Shown: piece after piece, positions 34,631 through 39,249 of the stretch
How positions within the stretch are numbered: position 1 is the stretch's first letter
Layout: each line of letters opens with the position of its first letter
Assembly (NCBI GenBank): GCA_016211185.1
Contig: JACQST010000016.1
Location: 1-39,249 of the forward strand
Length of the DNA stretch: 39,249 nt
From: Candidatus Woesearchaeota archaeon
GTDB taxonomy: Archaea; Nanobdellota; Nanobdellia; Woesearchaeales; UBA10216
Reading direction: 5' to 3'
The notes under the pieces: generated by a model
Databases searched by the model: none
Told to the model about the DNA's origin: nothing
Seen by the model: only the letters and a program-made list of their open reading frames with translations
Translations under genes and position numbers: made by a program

Positions 34631-34648
34631 ACTTATATAAATCTTTCT
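34631..34648 (-). promoter_or_regulatory. BRE/TATA promoter of paralog 3
   Basis: The minus strand reads AGAAAGATTTATATAAGT 32-49 nt upstream of the ATG at 34599. It shares the 13-mer AGAAAGATTTATA with the promoter at 38924-38940. Confidence 0.5.
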
Positions 34649-34666
34649 AAACGGGAACTAAACGAG

Positions 34667-35587
34667 TCAAGGAGCCCTCACAAGCTCAACCTTCTTCTGA
34701 ACAGAATCACGGTAGCCATACTTCAGCCGGACATTCATGGGAGAATTAAACGCAGGCCGCTCCCCCAGATCTTCGACGCCAAGCTCGCAGAAGATGCTCC
34801 TCTTGCCATTTATCAGCTTTATATGCCCATCAGTCAAGGGCTTGCAGGAGCCAGTAATATCCCTCCCGGCAACCTCAACAGACTCAAGCCGCACAAGGTC
34901 AATGTCCCTGAAAGAAAGCCCTTCGCTGTAAGGGCTGCACCTCTCCATAGCCTGCTCAGAAAAAACAGCTCCCCCACCCACATTCGAAACATCGATAACA
35001 AACCTGAGCTTCTCTGAAGAAGGGCTCAGCTGCACCTTCGTAACAGCAACAGGAGCGCCCTGGCCTCCAGAAAGCGAAACATCCTTTGAGCTGCAAACCT
35101 CCTGACCTGTTGAAGAAGAATCAGAATCAACACAAACAACAGGCACAGCCCACGTCTGATAAGAATAACAGGCAGTCGCAAGCAATACAGGCCTGTAGGC
35201 ATCAACGCCCTCCTGAAGAGAAACCACGCCCTCAAACTCAACCACGTTAAGCTCGCCCTCAGGAGTAAAAGAGCTCCTACCCGAAAGCCTGCCAACATCA
35301 GCAGACGTCTCCATACCCGTGATAATCCCGGGGTCAAAGCCACTGATAAAAACAGTGCCCTGCCCCTGCTCAATGTCAGACGTGCCCAGATTCCTCACCT
35401 GAACAGCCACACCAAAGCGCCCCTCCCCCAAAAACCTATCCGGAGGAACACCTGGCATAAAAGCAAGGCCCAAGCCCTTTGTGCCTGACTTGAATTTGTC
35501 ACCACCTGCCCCTGGATCAGAAGAACCCCCTGAGCACCCAGCCAGAACGACCAAAAGCGCAACCAAGAACAGCAAGTCAACTCTCAT
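34667..35587 (-). CDS. Secreted lipoprotein, paralog 2
   Basis: MRVDLLFLVALLVVLAGC lipobox. Shared motifs are ACYSYQTWAVPVVCVDSD, GGQGAPVAVTKV and VRLKYGYRDSVQKKVELV. The track start at 35635 would place the TATA box (TTATATAAAT 35611-35620) inside the ORF, so the ATG at 35587 is preferred. Confidence 0.8.
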   Translation of the reverse strand: MRVDLLFLVALLVVLAGCSGGSSDPGAGGDKFKSGTKGLGLAFMPGVPPDRFLGEGRFGVAVQVRNLGTSDIEQGQGTVFISGFDPGIITGMETSADVGRLSGRSSFTPEGELNVVEFEGVVSLQEGVDAYRPVLLATACYSYQTWAVPVVCVDSDSSSTGQEVCSSKDVSLSGGQGAPVAVTKVQLSPSSEKLRFVIDVSNVGGGAVFSEQAMERCSPYSEGLSFRDIDLVRLESVEVAGRDITGSCKPLTDGHIKLINGKRSIFCELGVEDLGERPAFNSPMNVRLKYGYRDSVQKKVELVRAP

Positions 35588-35608
35588 TTTAGCACCAAGT
35601 GACACATG

Positions 35609-35620
35609 GCTTATATAAAT
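35609..35620 (-). promoter_or_regulatory. TATA box of paralog 2
   Basis: The minus strand reads ATTTATATAAGC 22-33 nt upstream of the ATG at 35587. Confidence 0.45.
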
Positions 35621-35631
35621 ATTGCTAACCC

Positions 35632-36630
35632 TCAACCCTCCCTCAAAATCCTGACCTGCTTTGAAACAGTCGAGATGTATCCGTAATCAACCTCCACTAT
35701 AAGCGGAGCAACATAGCTGGCGCCTGCCTCCAACGGCTCTTCCAAAGAGCACCGCACAACAGCGCCTTCAGGCGGTAATCTAACTGGCACGGAAGGACAC
35801 GAAAGCCTTGCACCTGAAAGCCTCGCCGAAACAGAAACGTAACCCCACACCTTTCCTGAGTCGCCTGCAGAAACCGGTCCGGACGAGCAAAGCGAGGAAA
35901 CATCAGCACCAGGACTCACCACCCTACCATCACCCCCGTTTTTGAGATGCAGCTCAAACACAGGCTTCACAGAAGAAACATCTCTCCCTGCCCCGACAGG
36001 AAAAAACTTCGTAACAACCTTAGTAACGGCAACAGGAGCGCCCTGACCTGAAGAAGAGATATCCTTAGCCGCGCATGAGCTCGGGCCGCGGGACACACCA
36101 AAAGCATCTGACACTATGCACACATCAGACTTCAGCTCAGTCCTATACTTGTAACAGGAAGAGGCAACAACAACAGAGTCATGTGACTCAGCCTGAGACT
36201 CCCTGAACTGCCTTGTATACCCGCTGAAAATCACAAGCTCCTCCTCTCCAACAGGCGTTGCAAAGCTCCTGCCCAAAAGCGAAAAAGCCTTTCTTGAACT
36301 GTCGAGGCTCATGTAGTCCTGCTCAACATTCACAGCAACAACACCGTCAGAAACATCAAAAGCGCCCTTGTTCTGAACCCTCAATGCAACCTTGAACGGG
36401 TAACCAGAACCAGAAGATGCAGGAGCCAAAAGCTCAGATGGAGGAGAACTCTCCAAAAAGCCAATCATAATCCCCTCAGTGCCCGTATGAAAAGTGTCCT
36501 GCACAGGCAACACAGTGCTGTTATCCCTGCCAGCACACCCTGCCAAAAGCAGCATTAATGCAAGCAAAAAGACAACCAGCCCTGCCTTTTCAATCCTAAG
36601 CAACACGCTCTGAAAGATATTCCGAAACAT
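35632..36630 (-). CDS. Secreted lipoprotein, paralog 1
   Basis: Signal peptide with lipobox ...LALMLLLAGC. Shared motifs are SCYKYRTELKSDVCIVSD, SGQGAPVAVTKV and VEVDYGYISTVSKQVRIL. The ATG at 36630 overlaps the upstream gene by 35 nt. Confidence 0.8.
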   Translation of the reverse strand: MFRNIFQSVLLRIEKAGLVVFLLALMLLLAGCAGRDNSTVLPVQDTFHTGTEGIMIGFLESSPPSELLAPASSGSGYPFKVALRVQNKGAFDVSDGVVAVNVEQDYMSLDSSRKAFSLLGRSFATPVGEEELVIFSGYTRQFRESQAESHDSVVVASSCYKYRTELKSDVCIVSDAFGVSRGPSSCAAKDISSSGQGAPVAVTKVVTKFFPVGAGRDVSSVKPVFELHLKNGGDGRVVSPGADVSSLCSSGPVSAGDSGKVWGYVSVSARLSGARLSCPSVPVRLPPEGAVVRCSLEEPLEAGASYVAPLIVEVDYGYISTVSKQVRILREG

Positions 36631-38899
36631 CAGTCCTCAACACATTTTCAACATAATCATTGCTGCATGCACAGCCGTTATACCTCCTCAACGCATACCC
36701 CCACCCAGAATACCTGCCCCCGCAAGTACAAGCATCAACAGGGCTACTGACAGACTCATCGTAACCAGCCTTCAGCAACCTCAACCCGGCCTCTATGTTG
36801 CAGTTCAAGTCCTTAACATCCTTCCCAGAGCAAGACAAAGCACCAATGCACATGTCAGGGCTGCCCTTCTGATATACAACCTTCCCAACGCACTGCGGAT
36901 GAGCATTTGTGCAGGTATTAATCTGCATCACGCCCAAGGAGCAGCCACTGTCACCACACTTCACAACCCCATCACAGTTGCCATAAGCGCTGTAAGGCCT
37001 CGGGGCATAATGCTGCAGGCCACCCTCAACCATGGCAACCTGAAACGCAATCCTCCTTGGAACACCATGCCTGTCAGCCCAATACCTGATGGCGTCAACA
37101 ACGCTTGCGCTCCCAGTAGAACCTCCTCCTGATGAAGAAGAAACAGAGACAGGAGAAGACGAAGAAGGCTTCTTCCTCTCATCAACCCTTACAACAACGT
37201 CCTTCTCCACAGTATAAGTATACCTTGCAGACACCCTGAAGAACCTAAGCCCCACACCACCCTCACCAAGCAACTTAGACGACTCACGCTCACTAAACTC
37301 CAAAGGACACAAGAAATAAAGGTAACTGCCCTTCCTGATATCAGTAAACGCCTCAGGGTTCCCAGACCTCTCCCCTGCTATATCCAGCTGGTAGAAATCA
37401 TAGTCCTCATCACCGCCAGAAGCAACAAACCTGCCGGTGCAGCCAGACACGTCAATCCTCAATCCTTTCGGCACATAAAGCTTAAGCTCAGACAACGAGT
37501 CAATACGACCCTGCCAATCAGTGCTCAGGGACAACTTAATCGACTGCTCCTCATTCTCCATAGGCGCAGCGTTTATCACAGGGCCTGCATCTATGCCAAT
37601 CATCACAGGGCCCTGAGTGTATTCTGCAACAGGCTCCTTCTCAGGCAGCTTGTAAAACGCAACAGGGTCCTCATCCTTCGGAACCTTACCCCTGTCAATA
37701 ACATACGCCCTCAAGTCAGCATCAGTCTTAAAGTTGAACGTCGCAGAGACCTTCACAGACCTGCTGCCGGGCTTAAGGCCACTATCGAACCTGCAACTAA
37801 ACACGTTATCCTCAAACTTATCAACCCTGATTTCAGGAGGCAGGATAACGCCTTGAATCTCATCCCTCTTCTCGAAGTCAGACCAGCACTTAGGAATAAT
37901 CGAGATAGGCTCCTCCAAAGTCTCAGCCTTTATATCAGCCAGCACAACAACCTTCCTGCCCTCAACATACGAAGGCTCAGCAGGCTCCAGCTTCTTGATG
38001 AAAACCCCCACAGGCTTAGAGTCCTTCTCCTTCCCAGGAACTATTCCGCCAGTAGCAGTGCTTATCTGCCCGCTGAAAAAATCGCCAATAGACTCAATAA
38101 AGGCGTTATACCTGCCTGCCAAAGAACCAGCTGCCTTCCCGGAATCCAAAGACTTTTTAAGCCCTTCAAAAAAAGACTTTATCCCATACTTCTGGTCAAC
38201 CTCATAAATGCTCTCGCCAAACCCAGTGGTCTTCATGGCATCAGCCAAAACAGGCCAGACAATGCCATAAAGCAACAATATTATTATGATGTCACGCGCA
38301 ATGCCTCCAACAAAACTGTCGCTCTCCCTCGCAACCAGAACCCATGTCCAGCAAGTAGCAAAAAAAAGCATCAGCGCATTCAAGACAGTGAAAACCCCGA
38401 ACTCAGAAGACTTAGGAATAACAGGCAGAAGCTTGCTCCATAAGACAGGCGCAAGAAGAGAAATCAGTGAAAGCGCAGACGCATGCTGCACAGGCAGGAT
38501 TTTAAAAACAAACGCGACAGCAACAAAAATCGTGAAATAAACAAAAGCCCTGGTCTGAAGCGGGATGATGTAGCCAAGAAAAAGCTCAAGAAGCTGATAC
38601 AACGCCACAAAAACCAGAACAAAAGTAGGCACAGGAACCTTGGGCTTAAGGAAATCAAGACCCTTCACAACCACGCTGCCGCCTGACTTAGCAGCGCCGG
38701 TAGCTGCAGAAGCGCCCGCAGCCGCAGCAGAAACCATGCTGCTGAACGCATTCCTCCCTGACTTTGAAGACAGGTTGCTGCCCGCCATCGCATCGTACGC
38801 AGCACGGCGCGAAGCACTGTTTGCAGTCTCTTCCTCTTCCAAGGCATCAAGTATTCTGTCCTTGCCGTAATCCTTAGGGGCTGCAGGCATATTTACCAC
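36596..38899 (-). CDS. Polytopic membrane protein with two beta-rich ectodomain modules and a C-terminal Cys-rich SLT lytic-transglycosylase-like domain
   Basis: About 90 aa of Ala/Ser-rich cytoplasmic N-terminus, then about 5 TM helices (roughly residues 92-225). The ectodomain has module-ending motifs ATFNFKTDADLRAYVI and VSARYTYTVEKDVVVRV, like the paralogs. A Ser-rich linker follows. SLT motifs are AMVEGG (catalytic Glu), GVMQIN, NIEAGLRLLK and ALRRYNG. GTG at 38899, ATG at 38890. Confidence 0.8.
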   Translation of the reverse strand: MVNMPAAPKDYGKDRILDALEEEETANSASRRAAYDAMAGSNLSSKSGRNAFSSMVSAAAAGASAATGAAKSGGSVVVKGLDFLKPKVPVPTFVLVFVALYQLLELFLGYIIPLQTRAFVYFTIFVAVAFVFKILPVQHASALSLISLLAPVLWSKLLPVIPKSSEFGVFTVLNALMLFFATCWTWVLVARESDSFVGGIARDIIIILLLYGIVWPVLADAMKTTGFGESIYEVDQKYGIKSFFEGLKKSLDSGKAAGSLAGRYNAFIESIGDFFSGQISTATGGIVPGKEKDSKPVGVFIKKLEPAEPSYVEGRKVVVLADIKAETLEEPISIIPKCWSDFEKRDEIQGVILPPEIRVDKFEDNVFSCRFDSGLKPGSRSVKVSATFNFKTDADLRAYVIDRGKVPKDEDPVAFYKLPEKEPVAEYTQGPVMIGIDAGPVINAAPMENEEQSIKLSLSTDWQGRIDSLSELKLYVPKGLRIDVSGCTGRFVASGGDEDYDFYQLDIAGERSGNPEAFTDIRKGSYLYFLCPLEFSERESSKLLGEGGVGLRFFRVSARYTYTVEKDVVVRVDERKKPSSSSPVSVSSSSGGGSTGSASVVDAIRYWADRHGVPRRIAFQVAMVEGGLQHYAPRPYSAYGNCDGVVKCGDSGCSLGVMQINTCTNAHPQCVGKVVYQKGSPDMCIGALSCSGKDVKDLNCNIEAGLRLLKAGYDESVSSPVDACTCGGRYSGWGYALRRYNGCACSNDYVENVLRTDVSEYLSERVA

Positions 38900-38923
38900 T
38901 TTTGCAACAACTCAGCCCAGAAT

Positions 38924-38940
38924 CCATTATAAATCTTTCT
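38924..38940 (-). promoter_or_regulatory. BRE/TATA promoter of the surface-cluster first gene
   Basis: The minus strand reads AGAAAGATTTATAATGG about 28-35 nt upstream of the start at 38899. Confidence 0.5.
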
Positions 38941-39249
38941 TTGATTGAGCCAATACTGCGTGGTCTGAGCGTAGAGCGAAGACCCGCAAAGCGTTTTTTC
39001 TTGGCAAACTGTTAAATCATTGTCTCTTCCCAGACAAGCTCATAGCCGCGCGGCGCCATAAAGCTATGGAGTTGATAAATATGGGAGATCTGCATGGCTG
39101 TAGTTTCAAAGGTTTTGTTTCCCGAATTCCATGAGACACCAGAAATAACTGGGCTGATCACATGTCAACAGGCATGAAGGATTTCGAAGCGTCAACAGCT
39201 TATGTGAAGGGCCAACAAAGGCATCACGGAGTAAAAGTTTTCGACGACA

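Noticed and set aside
38941-38970. Possible C/D box sRNA (TGATTGA ... CTGA).
   Set aside because: The C-to-D' spacing is 17 nt rather than about 12. No C' or second D box follows and there is no terminal stem, so it does not fit the C/D architecture, unlike the 18596-18660 candidate.

Overview
Archaeal chromosomal window. The archaeal markers are PolD DP1/DP2, Orc1/Cdc6, MCM, TBP, Hjc, EndA, FEN1, RFC and PAN. The compact layout and gene content suggest a small-genome euryarchaeal or DPANN-like lineage, but that is only inference. GC is roughly 50%. Coding strands are strongly purine-rich, so the ORF track holds many long antisense shadow ORFs. I support about 38 protein genes, one tRNA, one candidate C/D sRNA and one toxin pseudogene. 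Genes are tightly packed. ATGA or GTGA start/stop overlaps occur at 2698, 7244, 22875 and 25407. TATA-like boxes sit 22-35 nt upstream of many start codons, implying leaderless or short-leader mRNAs. The ORF track translates GTG/TTG starts as M, and several listed 5' ends are probably too long, so I give corrected starts where an internal ATG fits homologs. Layout: (1) 1-9846 is a replication/transcription island: an ORB-like box, orc1/cdc6-polD DP1-DP2, convergent with TBP-MCM-RPA32-like-aIF2beta. (2) 9988-26483 holds housekeeping genes: Ubl-GG protein, ITPase, CorA, bacterial-type AspRS, Hjc, RNase Z, EndA, a wH protein, FEN1, Trm5, CPA2 antiporter, PAN, PmbA/TldD, M24 peptidase and TyrRS. 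(3) 26572-28440 is a small accessory patch: antitoxin plus truncated RelE remnant, 24-bp perfect direct repeats bracketing a pseudo-tRNA fragment and an unusual intron-containing class-II tRNA with anticodon GAA, a solo Cas4-like nuclease, and an AT-rich small ORF. (4) 28441-33069 holds MscS, a PRC-barrel protein, RFC small subunit and an abutting 702-aa coiled-coil protein. (5) 33097-38899 is a four-gene, same-strand cell-surface cluster: a polytopic membrane protein ending in a Cys-rich SLT lytic-transglycosylase domain, then three paralogous lipobox lipoproteins, the last carrying three tandem 6-Cys modules. This cluster is the best candidate for an undescribed system. All calls come from reading the sequence and from remembered family motifs. 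No database search was run.
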